The translations under genes were made by a program, and so were the position numbers. From positions 1 through 59,020 of IMG/VR virus record IMGVR_UViG_3300034094_000170: DNA of 59,020 bases; one strand, given 5' to 3'. The DNA comes from a virus (taxonomy: Duplodnaviria > Caudoviricetes). Positions within the stretch are counted from its first letter, which is position 1. Each line of letters starts with the position of its first letter. The notes under the pieces were generated by a model that saw only the letters and a program-made list of their open reading frames with translations, was not told the origin of the DNA and searched no databases. Shown here in pieces: positions 1 through 10,256 of the stretch.

Positions 1-637
1 CTGTTATTTGTCCTTTCCCGTTGACAGTAACGACAGGAATTGAACTAGCACCGCCAAACGCACCAACATTACTATTAACTGTTGCCAGAGTTATCGCGCT
101 TGAAACATTAGCTGAACCATCAAAACTAACAGAGTAAGTTGCGTCTCCAGTTGTTGAAATTGTCCGGGCGTTTGTTAGTTTTAACGCCTCCCCCGCCGTT
201 GCCGAGCTTGATATTTCAACATAAACAGTACCAGACCATCGATAGGTTTTGTTAGTATCTTCGGTGACATAAATTTTGCCAGTCTCACCCGCAACCGGAA
301 ACGCTGCAAGGTTAGCAAAATTCAAAACATCATCAACATAAGATGGTAAAACCGATGCTGAAATTGTGCCAGACGCGGCGTTAAGAGCCGTTAAGATTGT
401 GTTATTAGAAGTTAATGATTTTGTGAAATTTGAAACAGTGGGGTCTGTTTCGGTTGTTAAAAAAGTATTTGGATTAATACCCCTAATTAAATCAGCATCA
501 AGACCTGAACCTGAACCGTCAACAGTTTTCAGTTCAGTTAATAAAACATTAGCAGAGGTTAAACCTTTAGTGTATGAACTAACTTCGGGGTCAACCTCTG
601 TAACAACTCCAACTGATTTTTTAACTCTAAATCCCAT
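1..637 (-). CDS. Tail fibre protein, 5' part (runs off left edge; not in ORF track)
   Basis: ATG at 637 opens MGFRVKKSVGVV...; carries common tail-fibre motifs DGSGSGLDAD, LPSYVDDV, YRWSGTVYVEIS and ARTI...FDGSANV. Confidence 0.8.
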   Translation of the reverse strand, partial: MGFRVKKSVGVVTEVDPEVSSYTKGLTSANVLLTELKTVDGSGSGLDADLIRGINPNTFLTTETDPTVSNFTKSLTSNNTILTALNAASGTISASVLPSYVDDVLNFANLAAFPVAGETGKIYVTEDTNKTYRWSGTVYVEISSSATAGEALKLTNARTISTTGDATYSVSFDGSANVSSAITLATVNSNVGAFGGASSIPVVTVNGKGQIT

Positions 638-643
638 AATTTA

Positions 644-1000
644 TCACCGCCCAATTAATATCAAAAAATCACCAGCATAAGAAATTTCACCCCAAGGAAC
701 TCCAACATAAGGAAATTCAACTACCTCTAAATCGGTTCCTAATGCTGTACCACAAATAGTTCCACCAGTTGCCAAAATTTGAAAACTTACATGATAAGCA
801 CCCGCAGGAATAACGCCAGGAGTGGCAAGAACTGAATAAACAATTGATGGCGCTAATGGTGTAAATTTTTGAATATTAGAAAGAGATATTGTGGCAATAT
901 CAACAGCAATTTTATTGTTGACTAATTGTAAAGCTAAAATATCTCTTTCAGTTGACACCTTTTGATAAAATGTAGCCTCTTGTTCCTCTGTTAATGCCAT
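644..1000 (-). CDS. Hypothetical virion-module protein
   Basis: 118-aa ORF co-oriented with the tail fibre; TGTTGATAAT motif 35 nt upstream. Confidence 0.55.
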   Translation of the reverse strand: MALTEEQEATFYQKVSTERDILALQLVNNKIAVDIATISLSNIQKFTPLAPSIVYSVLATPGVIPAGAYHVSFQILATGGTICGTALGTDLEVVEFPYVGVPWGEISYAGDFLILIGR

Positions 1001-1034
1001 ATTTTAGGTTTATAATAAAAATATCTGTAATATT

Positions 1035-1044
1035 ATTATCAACA
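1035..1044 (-). promoter_or_regulatory. Putative late-promoter motif TGTTGATAAT (1 of 4 copies)
   Basis: Also at 13680-13689 (AGTTGATAAT), 36886-36895 and 43640-43649; each lies 34-41 nt upstream of a minus-strand gene in the virion modules. Confidence 0.5.
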
Positions 1045-1046
1045 TC

Positions 1047-1889
1047 ATGGTAAAATTTTTAATCAATAATCCAGTATATAAAAGTCAATTAGATAATATG
1101 TACAACCCCACAGGTTCATGTAACGTAACATCTCAAGCTATGGGACTTTGTTGGGGCGGTGTACCGAGAACGCTCAATGGTAATCAGTTAGAGGATGAAT
1201 TATATAATTTTTTAATTGATAATGGTTACTCGCGCCATTACCCCTATGACTTAGCCAGAGGAACAAATGAATTTAGACAAAAATATTTTTCTGATAATAA
1301 AACTTGCGTTGTTTTAAAAACTAATGCAACCTGGGAAGAAATTGAAAAACATATTAAAAGTGGTAAACCATGCGTAGTTCACGGGTGGTTTACTAATTCA
1401 GGGCATATCGTAACTATTGTTGGAGTCACTGACAGTGGATGGATTGTAAACGACCCCTATGGTGAATGGTTTTACTGGGGATATGATACAAACAAAACTG
1501 GTGAACAGGTAGAGTATTCAAAAACTTTAATAAATGAAACTTGTGGCCCAGACGGTACTATTTGGTGTCATTTCTTTGACAATAAATCACCCAATGTTTA
1601 CCCAAAAATTGAAAATCGTTATCGTGGTTTAGAGACTGATATAATTCTTCAAAAGATATACAAAGAAAAATTAGAAGTATATGAGTCTGAAATACACAAT
1701 CATGCTTTTTTAGTTAAACAAATACAAATCAGACTCAAAGATTTAGGTTTTAAACCTGGAAAAACTGATTCAATCTGGGGAAATATTACTAAAATGGCAT
1801 ATTTTAAATTTTGTCAAGATTATAATATTTCACCCGAATTACCAATAACTTCTGAGATATCAAAAATATTAATTGAAGCTAAAAAATAA
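1047..1889 (+). CDS. Endolysin-like protein: C39-like cysteine peptidase plus C-terminal peptidoglycan-binding domain
   Basis: SQLDN...SCNVTS (Cys), GHIVTIVG (His), VNDPYG (Asp); C-terminal QIQIRLKDLGF-PGKTDSIWGNIT resembles PG_binding_1. Confidence 0.75.
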   Translation: MVKFLINNPVYKSQLDNMYNPTGSCNVTSQAMGLCWGGVPRTLNGNQLEDELYNFLIDNGYSRHYPYDLARGTNEFRQKYFSDNKTCVVLKTNATWEEIEKHIKSGKPCVVHGWFTNSGHIVTIVGVTDSGWIVNDPYGEWFYWGYDTNKTGEQVEYSKTLINETCGPDGTIWCHFFDNKSPNVYPKIENRYRGLETDIILQKIYKEKLEVYESEIHNHAFLVKQIQIRLKDLGFKPGKTDSIWGNITKMAYFKFCQDYNISPELPITSEISKILIEAKK

Positions 1890-2120
1890 ATGACTAATAA
1901 AAGATTCAAATATCACCCATATTTATCAGATAAATTTTTAAAAAGGGGTAATGGTAATTATTGTTGTAATTGTGGTAGTAGGATGAAAAATATTAAACCT
2001 GGTATCGGAAATGCTTATGAATACTGGATTATGCCAGATGATTCAGATAAAATTATTTTTATAGGATATGCTCATAGAGTATGTCCTGATAGCAAAGATA
2101 AAGATTCAATGTTTGTTTAA
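1890..2120 (+). CDS. Small Cys-containing hypothetical protein
   Basis: Abuts the endolysin stop; CCNCG and HRVC could bind zinc. Confidence 0.5.
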   Translation: MTNKRFKYHPYLSDKFLKRGNGNYCCNCGSRMKNIKPGIGNAYEYWIMPDDSDKIIFIGYAHRVCPDSKDKDSMFV

Positions 2121-2593
2121 ACTTGAATTGCCGTTATTTCAACATCATAACCAGTACCATTAGGAACAGATGTAAAATTAGTAAAAATACTTTTAAATTG
2201 TGCAAAATATTTTTTGCTTCCCCCTACTGTTTCAGTCCAATCACCAATCTGAGTTAATGTTGGCACATATTCAATCATAGGTTTACAAACATCGGCAATT
2301 GATATTTCAAAACCTGTCCTTGGTGGTGTATTTGATTTATGGGTAGAGATAGCAAAAATAGAAGATAATAAATCATATAAATCATCTCTAACTTTTAAAG
2401 TCAAACTCCACTGTTCAGGGGGAGTGTAGTTATTTCCTGATACTATTTTGCTCCCATTGTGTGAACGAGAAACCTCTAAAAAAGTTATCCGGTTTCGATT
2501 GTAGGTTATAATTTCATTATTTGTTAATATGACAGAGACACCATCAATAGAGAAGGTGAGTTGAGGGTAGATTTCAGGATATGGAATAGCCAT
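2117..2593 (-). CDS. Hypothetical tail protein (possibly distal-tail-like)
   Basis: 158 aa, beta-rich pattern, located in the tail cluster. Confidence 0.45.
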   Translation of the reverse strand: MAIPYPEIYPQLTFSIDGVSVILTNNEIITYNRNRITFLEVSRSHNGSKIVSGNNYTPPEQWSLTLKVRDDLYDLLSSIFAISTHKSNTPPRTGFEISIADVCKPMIEYVPTLTQIGDWTETVGGSKKYFAQFKSIFTNFTSVPNGTGYDVEITAIQV

Positions 2594-3074
2594 GATTGAT
2601 ACAGCAACAATAGAAAAATTAATTGAAAAAGCTCAGGCCGAAAAAGCAAAAAGAAAACCTGGTGCTTTAGATACTATATTAAATAATTCTAAACTAAATA
2701 GACTAAAAACCCAACCACTCTCTAACTCAGGATTAAAAGGTGGTGGTAATTGTTGTAATAGTTGTGAAAATAAAAATAATAATTCTATTGATGGTCAGGG
2801 GCCATATTTAATTTTAAGTTATAAACCCGATTCCGATAAATGGGAAGCGCAGTCAACTAAAAACCCCCAAGAGGTATTCTTAGGGGATTTGACGTTTCCA
2901 GGGCTAATAGCACCAGGCTTTATTTTACCAGGTTGGCATACTCTTGGTGAACCCTATGGATTGATTCAACCTAAACGTACTGGTAAACCGTTTGAAGCTA
3001 CTGATAATACCAAGAAGACTAATTACATCACTATCACAATTAACCTTGATAATGGTTTCACTGGTAGAGGTTAA
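2592..3074 (+). CDS. Hypothetical protein
   Basis: 160-aa ORF filling the gap between two minus-strand genes. Confidence 0.5.
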   Translation: MIDTATIEKLIEKAQAEKAKRKPGALDTILNNSKLNRLKTQPLSNSGLKGGGNCCNSCENKNNNSIDGQGPYLILSYKPDSDKWEAQSTKNPQEVFLGDLTFPGLIAPGFILPGWHTLGEPYGLIQPKRTGKPFEATDNTKKTNYITITINLDNGFTGRG

Positions 3075-4093
3075 TTCCTATTATAAAAAGGTGATAAATA
3101 AACCGAGGGATGAAATGGAATCAAATCAATACCAGGCTTAAAAATATAAGGGATATTGCCCACACCTGAACCTTCTGGAACTATTAAAGTGTTACCATTT
3201 AATAGTCCAATAATTTTAGAGTTGACATCTAATTCAGTATTTAAGTGGAGTTTGGTTTTTTCAAATAAACTACCATTATTTTTAATCTTAATACTCCACA
3301 ATCCAGTAGGATATAAAGCTAAAATACTACCATTTCCTAGCAATGAAACACCTTTACAAGTAGCATCCGATGGTTCAATACTATTTGAATTGACTAAACT
3401 ATTTGAAGCATAATTATAAACTAAACATTTATTATTATATCCAGGTTCAGGAAACAAAATCAATAATTCATCAACAGTCATCACAGCATGAATATATCGT
3501 TTATAATCTGTTAATTCAGAAATTTCAGTTAAAACTAAATTACTTAAATCTAATAACGCAAATGCTTTAGTTCCTGCTATCAAAAATATTTTACCATTCG
3601 GCAACAAATAAGCGCCGTTATAAGCTGGTGTAGAACCTCCTGAAAATACGGTTGTAATCTTTTGAACACTATCATCTAAAGGGTTATAAATTGCTGCATA
3701 TTCGGCGTGATAAGGGGGAAAAAACACTCTCCCATCAGGCAGTAAAGTCCCCCCTAAATATCTATTGGTTGTGACTGTTATTATTTCTTCTTCCCACGCT
3801 GAATTTATATTAAATGTGTTTGCAGCACTATCATAAATTAAAGGTTTTTTCCAATTTCTAGGAGGGAAAACAATTGTTTTTTTATCAGCACATAAAACAC
3901 CTTTACCGTAACTAGGTGAATTGGTTGCATATTCATGGTTAGCAAAGTCTTGACCCCTTAAATTTGTCAAAGGGTTATAAATTGAATAGCCCCACGTTTT
4001 TTCGGTAAACTTGCAGAAGACATTACCATCAGCAAGCAAAACCATGTTATCAATTCTTTTTAAAAAAGAACCAGAATCAGCAACAAATAACAT
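3071..4093 (-). CDS. Beta-propeller repeat protein (paralog of 4096-5073)
   Basis: Repeated (L)LPDGRV/LPNGKI...IYNP blades; C-terminus VYLSPFYNRN. Confidence 0.7.
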   Translation of the reverse strand: MLFVADSGSFLKRIDNMVLLADGNVFCKFTEKTWGYSIYNPLTNLRGQDFANHEYATNSPSYGKGVLCADKKTIVFPPRNWKKPLIYDSAANTFNINSAWEEEIITVTTNRYLGGTLLPDGRVFFPPYHAEYAAIYNPLDDSVQKITTVFSGGSTPAYNGAYLLPNGKIFLIAGTKAFALLDLSNLVLTEISELTDYKRYIHAVMTVDELLILFPEPGYNNKCLVYNYASNSLVNSNSIEPSDATCKGVSLLGNGSILALYPTGLWSIKIKNNGSLFEKTKLHLNTELDVNSKIIGLLNGNTLIVPEGSGVGNIPYIFKPGIDLIPFHPSVYLSPFYNRN

Positions 4094-4095
4094 AA

Positions 4096-5073
4096 TTAAC
4101 CCCTGTTATAAAAAGCACTTAAACAAACTTCTTTGGGTAAAGTTCCCAAGGATGAATCCCAAATAGTGAAACCATTATTATCTAAAGCTGTACCATTTGT
4201 ACAATAAAATAATTTTCCTGATGGTAACATCACCATTCCTTTAGGGGCTTGTTGCAATGTTGGCATGGTTGTATATCCAACGTTTGTTAAAACATTGTTT
4301 TCAATGTGATATTTATTTATAGCCATGTTATTAGCCAAGAAAACATCACCATCAGGAGAAATTCTAATAAATGCAGCCGTTGATGAACCTATCATTGCCT
4401 CTTGGTCTATAATTTTTTTACTATAAATATCAATTAAATTTAAACCGTAATAATTGGAAAAAATAGATAACCCCCCATCATAAACTAAAGCTCCTTTTGA
4501 ATTAGAATCTCCATTAAATCCATTTAAAGATATTTGTTCCCAAACATTATTAAATGGGTTGTAAATATAACCCGTTTGTGTAACATGAGCATTAATTAAC
4601 AATAATTTACCGTCAGGCAATAATGTTGTTGAAGCTGGTACAACGCCAGATAAAATAGCTGATGGAGTATTGGGAAAATATTCAAAATAAGTTGTTTTTG
4701 GATTAAAAAAACCAAATCTGTTAGCTGTTGTATTACAAATAGCTACTTTTCCATCCCTCATTAATGAAGCACCACTAACGTTAAAATTCCAATCATTTAA
4801 TGTCTGATATGTCCCATCTTCATTTACTAACAACCAACTTCTATTTGCAACAACAGGACAAAATAATATCCTACCATCTAACAATAAAACTCTTGGGTAA
4901 TAATCGGAAGCTGGTAAAGTGAAAGTTGTAAAAGTGTTGTTAGCAGGATTAAAAATATAACCCTTTGACGAGCCACCATTTTCTGTTCCACAATAAACTT
5001 TATCATTAAAATGTAAAACAGCACCCAGTGGTTTATCTGCTATAGCTCCGGTTCCTATAAACGTAAATGGCAT
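4096..5073 (-). CDS. Beta-propeller repeat protein
   Basis: LLDGRIL, LMRDGKV, LLPDGKL, MLPSGKL repeats; C-terminus VCLSAFYNRG; likely ATG at 5073 after GGGGG. Confidence 0.7.
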   Translation of the reverse strand: MPFTFIGTGAIADKPLGAVLHFNDKVYCGTENGGSSKGYIFNPANNTFTTFTLPASDYYPRVLLLDGRILFCPVVANRSWLLVNEDGTYQTLNDWNFNVSGASLMRDGKVAICNTTANRFGFFNPKTTYFEYFPNTPSAILSGVVPASTTLLPDGKLLLINAHVTQTGYIYNPFNNVWEQISLNGFNGDSNSKGALVYDGGLSIFSNYYGLNLIDIYSKKIIDQEAMIGSSTAAFIRISPDGDVFLANNMAINKYHIENNVLTNVGYTTMPTLQQAPKGMVMLPSGKLFYCTNGTALDNNGFTIWDSSLGTLPKEVCLSAFYNRG

Positions 5074-5768
5074 ATATACCCCCAATCAGTTAACAATGAA
5101 CTACTACTAATATAATCTATTTTTCTATTATTTATTATCGCTTCATTTAATCGTATTTTAATACTATCATAATTAGTTAAAGTATTGACATCATTATCAA
5201 GATAAACCCTTTTATTTTCTATAGTTTGAAAATAATATTGTTTATTAATAAAACTAAAGTCAGTTAGAGATGTATTTTTGTCATCGGGTGCTAATTTCTG
5301 ATTTTCTAAACTTGCTTTAAAGTATTGACTACTTATATAAGAAAAATTTGTTAGTAACTCACTATTGCCAACTTCAAAATTATAACTTTCTTCAGCAATT
5401 TCATTAGCATTGATAACGGGAATCAGTCTAGGTACAATATCATCCCATGAAACCAAGACATAAGATTTTAAATCAACTCTATTTTGAGATATTCCATTAG
5501 TTATCAATGCTTTTGTCAGAGTCCAGTTTGCTAATTCAAAACTATCACTTTTTTGAGTTGAACTAAAAAACTTCCAACATCCGAGAGTAGCAGGAATATC
5601 TTGCGGATTTTCAACAACTCCGGTTTTACGCCAAACATAGATAGCTTGGTCAGCACCCATTCCTACAAACATAAACAACCCATCTTCATCGGTACTATCA
5701 AAAGTGAAATTATCGGTTAATTCTTGAGTATTTGCCACCCAGAAGGCGGATGATTTGTAATTAGGCAT
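5055..5768 (-). CDS. Tail fibre/adaptor-like protein; N-terminus paralogous to 10256-11002
   Basis: MPNY...NFTFDSTDED...IYVWRK versus MPNF...NFTVDDTDED...IVVWRR. Confidence 0.55.
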   Translation of the reverse strand: MPNYKSSAFWVANTQELTDNFTFDSTDEDGLFMFVGMGADQAIYVWRKTGVVENPQDIPATLGCWKFFSSTQKSDSFELANWTLTKALITNGISQNRVDLKSYVLVSWDDIVPRLIPVINANEIAEESYNFEVGNSELLTNFSYISSQYFKASLENQKLAPDDKNTSLTDFSFINKQYYFQTIENKRVYLDNDVNTLTNYDSIKIRLNEAIINNRKIDYISSSSLLTDWGYICHLRL

Positions 5769-5771
5769 AAG

Positions 5772-8564
5772 TTAATCCCTCAATGCTAAACGTTGTTCTA
5801 ATGTCATGCTAAATGGGTCTACATAATCATTTCTCTCTTTCTCTTCTTCATCATCAGTCCTAATTGCTGTCACAAAATAAATTAAACTTTTATCGTTGAT
5901 ACCATTTATTTTGGGTAATTTTACGATTGTTGACAACTGAAATTTAGTCTCAGGTAAAAAATTAAAAACTTTTTCACTATCAGAAATATAAGGGAATTTT
6001 TGTCTTTTACTGCGGTTAGCGTATATATTATCATCTTGAAGATAAACTAAACCCGAATAACCATAATATTTATTATTCGGATAATTAAAACTTTTTGCAT
6101 AATTATCTGAAATACCTTGAAATATTGCAGGTGTTATCCAAGCGGGGTTGGTCAAATTTCCAGTATAACCAGGATAAAAACCATAAATATTTATAGTGTC
6201 ATTTTTGCTAAAATTCCTAATAGTATGTTTTGCATCATTATTAATTTTTTCAGTTTTTGCTATTTTGAATTGTGCTTTAGCTGTGCCATTTTTTAAAGAA
6301 TCTCTAAATATCTTACTACCAATCATCTCACCGACTCTAATAGTATCCTGAACAGGAAAAGATAAGCCGAGATTAAAATTATCAATGCTAACATTTTCTT
6401 CACTAGCTCCAATTTTTGCAGCAATATATAAATTATTTTTTGAATGATTAATATTATTATAATATCTGATAACATCATCAGTAACAATACCAGTTCCTAA
6501 ACCATAAACATTAATTTCACCATTAGCATAAAAATCAGAATAATTATAATAAACACCAAAAGGGAAACCATAAATAAATTTAATATTTCCAGGTTTATAT
6601 GAGTTTGCTCCCACATAAAATTTACTAAATCTTTGACATGAAAAACTTGAATTAAAATTATTATCTTTATTGGGTATTGGTATTTCACGACTTATAAAAT
6701 ATGGTGATACACCTTCAGCACCTATTTTATGTATTCCTTGAGTGTTCAAACCGTAAACACCACCATTGTAACCATTAACTGTTCTGCACAAATTATTAGA
6801 AGTAGGGAAAAAGAAATAAGGATTTAAAAAACCGTCATAATCAATCTCTTTAATCCATTCAGGCAAACCTGTTATTTTACCATCTCTAATCGGGTAATAT
6901 TTAACACTTGGGGAATTACCATTAACCTCAATAACTGTTAATCTTTTAAATTGAAAACAACAATAGTTATTATTACAATTTCTATCAATATAAAAATCTT
7001 CTCCAACAACTTTAAGTTTTGTTTGTTGTATAGCACCTTCTAACAATAAAAATATATGTCTATCTCTAGCCAATGAATAAACTTTAGTATTTGAATATAA
7101 ATTCAATGAATTTGGTACTAAAGGTTCTAACATTTCATCAACACCTTTAGTTTTATCAAAATCAAATTTTTCTCTATTTGTGATTAATATTTCTGATATT
7201 TTACCAGGGAACAAACCCCAATTTGAGCCTATTTTATCTGACCAACTAAAATCATCTAAAATCACATCTAAAGGGTGAACCCAATCATTAGGAATATCAT
7301 CGTCATCGGTTGTCTCTGGGTCATTATCAGGTAAACTTCCGATTAATTTAATGGGGAAAGTGCAAAGCATTTCACTAGCAGATGTCTCATATATTTTAGT
7401 ATTGTTAAAATATATCTCTGCTGTATATTTTGAATTTGGTGCATCAATAATATCCGATTTTTTCTTAGGTAATTTTTCACCCGCTTGACTATGTGACGGT
7501 TGTTCACCGCCACCGCCGCCACCACCATCACTACCACCAGGGTCGCCACTACCTCCAGGGTCACTCAGGTAGTAAATATCAAAAGGTAAAAATCCAGGGT
7601 CAGGAGAGACTGAAATACTTTTAATAACAGCAGAAATACTTCCTTGTGCAACGGGTGGGTCATCAGGGAAACTTGTCCATTTTCCATCAACATATTGAAA
7701 GTGTCCTGATTTTCTACCTTGTCCTATCCAAATACCACCAGAATTAGAAGCACCATGAATAGCATTCATCATTATAGAACCTCCACCACCATGAATAGGA
7801 GTATAAGGTGTATCAAAACCCATAAATCGTTCCCCTCCTCCTATAGTGGGTTTATATCTTATTCTATGAACTTGTCTTTTGGCATTTTTAAAAGTTTCCA
7901 TTCCTGAACCCATATATGAAGCTAAAAGTGTATCGTAAATACAAGTTGTCCCACTAGGTTGAACTGTTGGGGGGCCAGAGGCAACATAAACGTTTTGGTG
8001 GGCATTAAACGGTGCATATCGAGAATCAAAAGTTGCTGTTGTTGTAACTATTGCGTTTACTGTCCATTTTCCTATATAGGTAGGAATTAAAATAATATCA
8101 CTAGAACTTAATGGTTCACCACCAGCACCACTAACACCATATCCACTACCACCAGCACCAGACCCTCTAGGTGAAACACTTGCCGGACTATAACCACTAC
8201 CAGGGGCGGGTGGTGTTGAATCAGGTCTTTTTAAAATTAATCTTATATCTGCCTCTGTAGGATTATGTAATATTATTTTATCTTTATTTATTTTTTCAAC
8301 CGATTTAATTGTAGTTGTAGTAAGATAACCGTTAGGAATTTTTTTATAATCTTCAAATTGCCATGCACTAGCACATGGGTATCTACGCATTGCAGCAAAA
8401 TCATAAAGCCAAGATTCACCTGTTTTAAATATTACAGGGGATGATTTTTTAACAAATTTAACCCAAAAAACATTAGCTTCTACTGGTATTGTGATATTGG
8501 AATCACCTAATGTTTTGTTTATTAAACTTCCTTCATTTTTAACTTCAAATTTATTTCTACTCAT
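5772..8564 (-). CDS. Large tail-tip/virion protein
   Basis: 930 aa with Gly/Pro-rich linkers, in the tail operon. Confidence 0.6.
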   Translation of the reverse strand: MSRNKFEVKNEGSLINKTLGDSNITIPVEANVFWVKFVKKSSPVIFKTGESWLYDFAAMRRYPCASAWQFEDYKKIPNGYLTTTTIKSVEKINKDKIILHNPTEADIRLILKRPDSTPPAPGSGYSPASVSPRGSGAGGSGYGVSGAGGEPLSSSDIILIPTYIGKWTVNAIVTTTATFDSRYAPFNAHQNVYVASGPPTVQPSGTTCIYDTLLASYMGSGMETFKNAKRQVHRIRYKPTIGGGERFMGFDTPYTPIHGGGGSIMMNAIHGASNSGGIWIGQGRKSGHFQYVDGKWTSFPDDPPVAQGSISAVIKSISVSPDPGFLPFDIYYLSDPGGSGDPGGSDGGGGGGGEQPSHSQAGEKLPKKKSDIIDAPNSKYTAEIYFNNTKIYETSASEMLCTFPIKLIGSLPDNDPETTDDDDIPNDWVHPLDVILDDFSWSDKIGSNWGLFPGKISEILITNREKFDFDKTKGVDEMLEPLVPNSLNLYSNTKVYSLARDRHIFLLLEGAIQQTKLKVVGEDFYIDRNCNNNYCCFQFKRLTVIEVNGNSPSVKYYPIRDGKITGLPEWIKEIDYDGFLNPYFFFPTSNNLCRTVNGYNGGVYGLNTQGIHKIGAEGVSPYFISREIPIPNKDNNFNSSFSCQRFSKFYVGANSYKPGNIKFIYGFPFGVYYNYSDFYANGEINVYGLGTGIVTDDVIRYYNNINHSKNNLYIAAKIGASEENVSIDNFNLGLSFPVQDTIRVGEMIGSKIFRDSLKNGTAKAQFKIAKTEKINNDAKHTIRNFSKNDTINIYGFYPGYTGNLTNPAWITPAIFQGISDNYAKSFNYPNNKYYGYSGLVYLQDDNIYANRSKRQKFPYISDSEKVFNFLPETKFQLSTIVKLPKINGINDKSLIYFVTAIRTDDEEEKERNDYVDPFSMTLEQRLALRD

Positions 8565-9493
8565 ATAACTACAACCTCCCAGGTTAATTCGGTTTTTACT
8601 TTTATTTCATTTATTTCTAATGCTTTACCCTCTAAGTTTTCATCAAACATGGCTTTGGATTCTGTTGTGCCAAATATATAATAATCGTTTTCAAATGGTG
8701 CAGCATAACAAACAAAAGCATCTGAATAATCAGGAGTAGAAGACTTAAATAAAAATAAACAATCATAAATTAAATCAGTTTGATTGGGTTCAAATGTCAC
8801 ACTATCTGTACCATAATCTATCACTACAGCAGGACGGCTAACAACTGTTCCTAAACTAAAACTAGGGTACAGTTGGCAAAATGTAGTACCTGATTGGTTA
8901 TTGTCAAATTCATTTAAACAATTTTGAATAAAATCAGTTGATGAATTATACAGAACTGTGTTGCTAGAACTTCCATGTTTAATAATATCAACACCCTTGG
9001 CAACACCTAAATAATATCCATTAGTTGTAGTATTAAAAAAATCACTATTAATAGAAGTCACATTATCTTTAAATGGTGATAATAATAAACTATTTCCTAA
9101 ACTATAGTTGATATCACCACCCAATAACAGTAAAGTTCCAAAATTAATATATGCCGAATCAATTGTTACAGGTTTTTTTATTTTTAATTTGGTTTTTTCT
9201 GGCAACTTAACACTAAATCTTGCTTCTCCTTGATTGTATAAATATTCAATATCATCAGATGTAAATTTAAAATCATTTGAGTTTTTCTTTCTAACTATAT
9301 TATCAATTGAACCAGTATATAGATATGGGTTAGTTCCTATTATTCCACCCTTTTTATAGGAACTAAACTTAATACTATACTCACCATTTTTTGCCCATAT
9401 ATGTTTAGCTTGTGCTTCTAAAAATTCAACAGTCGGAAAAAAGGTGATTATCTCACCATCACCAAAAACATCGGGTGGTAAACTTTCAACCAT
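8561..9493 (-). CDS. Hypothetical tail protein
   Basis: 310 aa, overlaps its neighbours by 4-8 nt, suggesting translational coupling. Confidence 0.55.
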   Translation of the reverse strand: MVESLPPDVFGDGEIITFFPTVEFLEAQAKHIWAKNGEYSIKFSSYKKGGIIGTNPYLYTGSIDNIVRKKNSNDFKFTSDDIEYLYNQGEARFSVKLPEKTKLKIKKPVTIDSAYINFGTLLLLGGDINYSLGNSLLLSPFKDNVTSINSDFFNTTTNGYYLGVAKGVDIIKHGSSSNTVLYNSSTDFIQNCLNEFDNNQSGTTFCQLYPSFSLGTVVSRPAVVIDYGTDSVTFEPNQTDLIYDCLFLFKSSTPDYSDAFVCYAAPFENDYYIFGTTESKAMFDENLEGKALEINEIKVKTELTWEVVVI

Positions 9494-10256
9494 TGATATT
9501 ATCCTTAGTATATAAGTTCAATTTTTCAAATGTTGGCATTCTCCTACCAACATTTGAATCTTCAACATTTAACCACCAATCACAAAAAGATACGACTTTT
9601 TTTGATTCACAAATTTCAATTAATTGTAGCCATATATCTTTACAAAATATATAATCTAAATCAATAAAATACCATAAACTAGCTTCTATCAAATGTACAT
9701 CACCAAGATTAAACATATCAATGATATTTGGCAAGTTTTTGATAAAAACTAAAGCGTTTTTTGTTTTGATATGGGTTTGTATGCCAACTTTTACTGGGAA
9801 TCCAGATTTTTTTAAATCGTTAATTATTTTTGATATTCCCATCCATTTATTAATATTCCAAGGTCTAAAATCACCAATAATGATATCAATATCAGGATTA
9901 GCACTATAGGCTGCATCACAATAACGTTTAAGACTTTCTAAATCATAATGTTGATATGGTGTTCCACAATCATCTGTGAACTCATTAATTAAAACCCATT
10001 CTTTTACCTGTGTAAATTTGCTAATTCTTTTATATATCCATTGTTCAATAGTTTCACATTCAGTTTTTTCGGGAGGTTTTTTGTTTTTATTCCCATAAAG
10101 AAATTGACTCCTGATTATTTTATTTTCAAACTTTTCAGGAATATTATCGGTGTTAGGAATTATTTCTTTAAATATATCCCAATGATATCCTATGACAACA
10201 CCATCAAAAGGTGCTAAGTCTAATTCTTTTGTTGACCCACAAGTAAAATTTAACAT
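9486..10256 (-). CDS. GH10-like (clan GH-A) glycoside hydrolase
   Basis: WVLINE (cf. WDVVNE, acid/base Glu), VGIQTH (cf. IGxQxH), HLIE (cf. ITE, nucleophile). Confidence 0.55.
   Translation of the reverse strand: MLNFTCGSTKELDLAPFDGVVIGYHWDIFKEIIPNTDNIPEKFENKIIRSQFLYGNKNKKPPEKTECETIEQWIYKRISKFTQVKEWVLINEFTDDCGTPYQHYDLESLKRYCDAAYSANPDIDIIIGDFRPWNINKWMGISKIINDLKKSGFPVKVGIQTHIKTKNALVFIKNLPNIIDMFNLGDVHLIEASLWYFIDLDYIFCKDIWLQLIEICESKKVVSFCDWWLNVEDSNVGRRMPTFEKLNLYTKDNING

Noticed and set aside
366-680. 104-aa plus-strand ORF
   Set aside because: Antisense to the tail fibre gene starting at 637.
3071-5085. Diversity-generating retroelement acting on tail genes
   Set aside because: No reverse transcriptase and no template/variable repeat pair seen.
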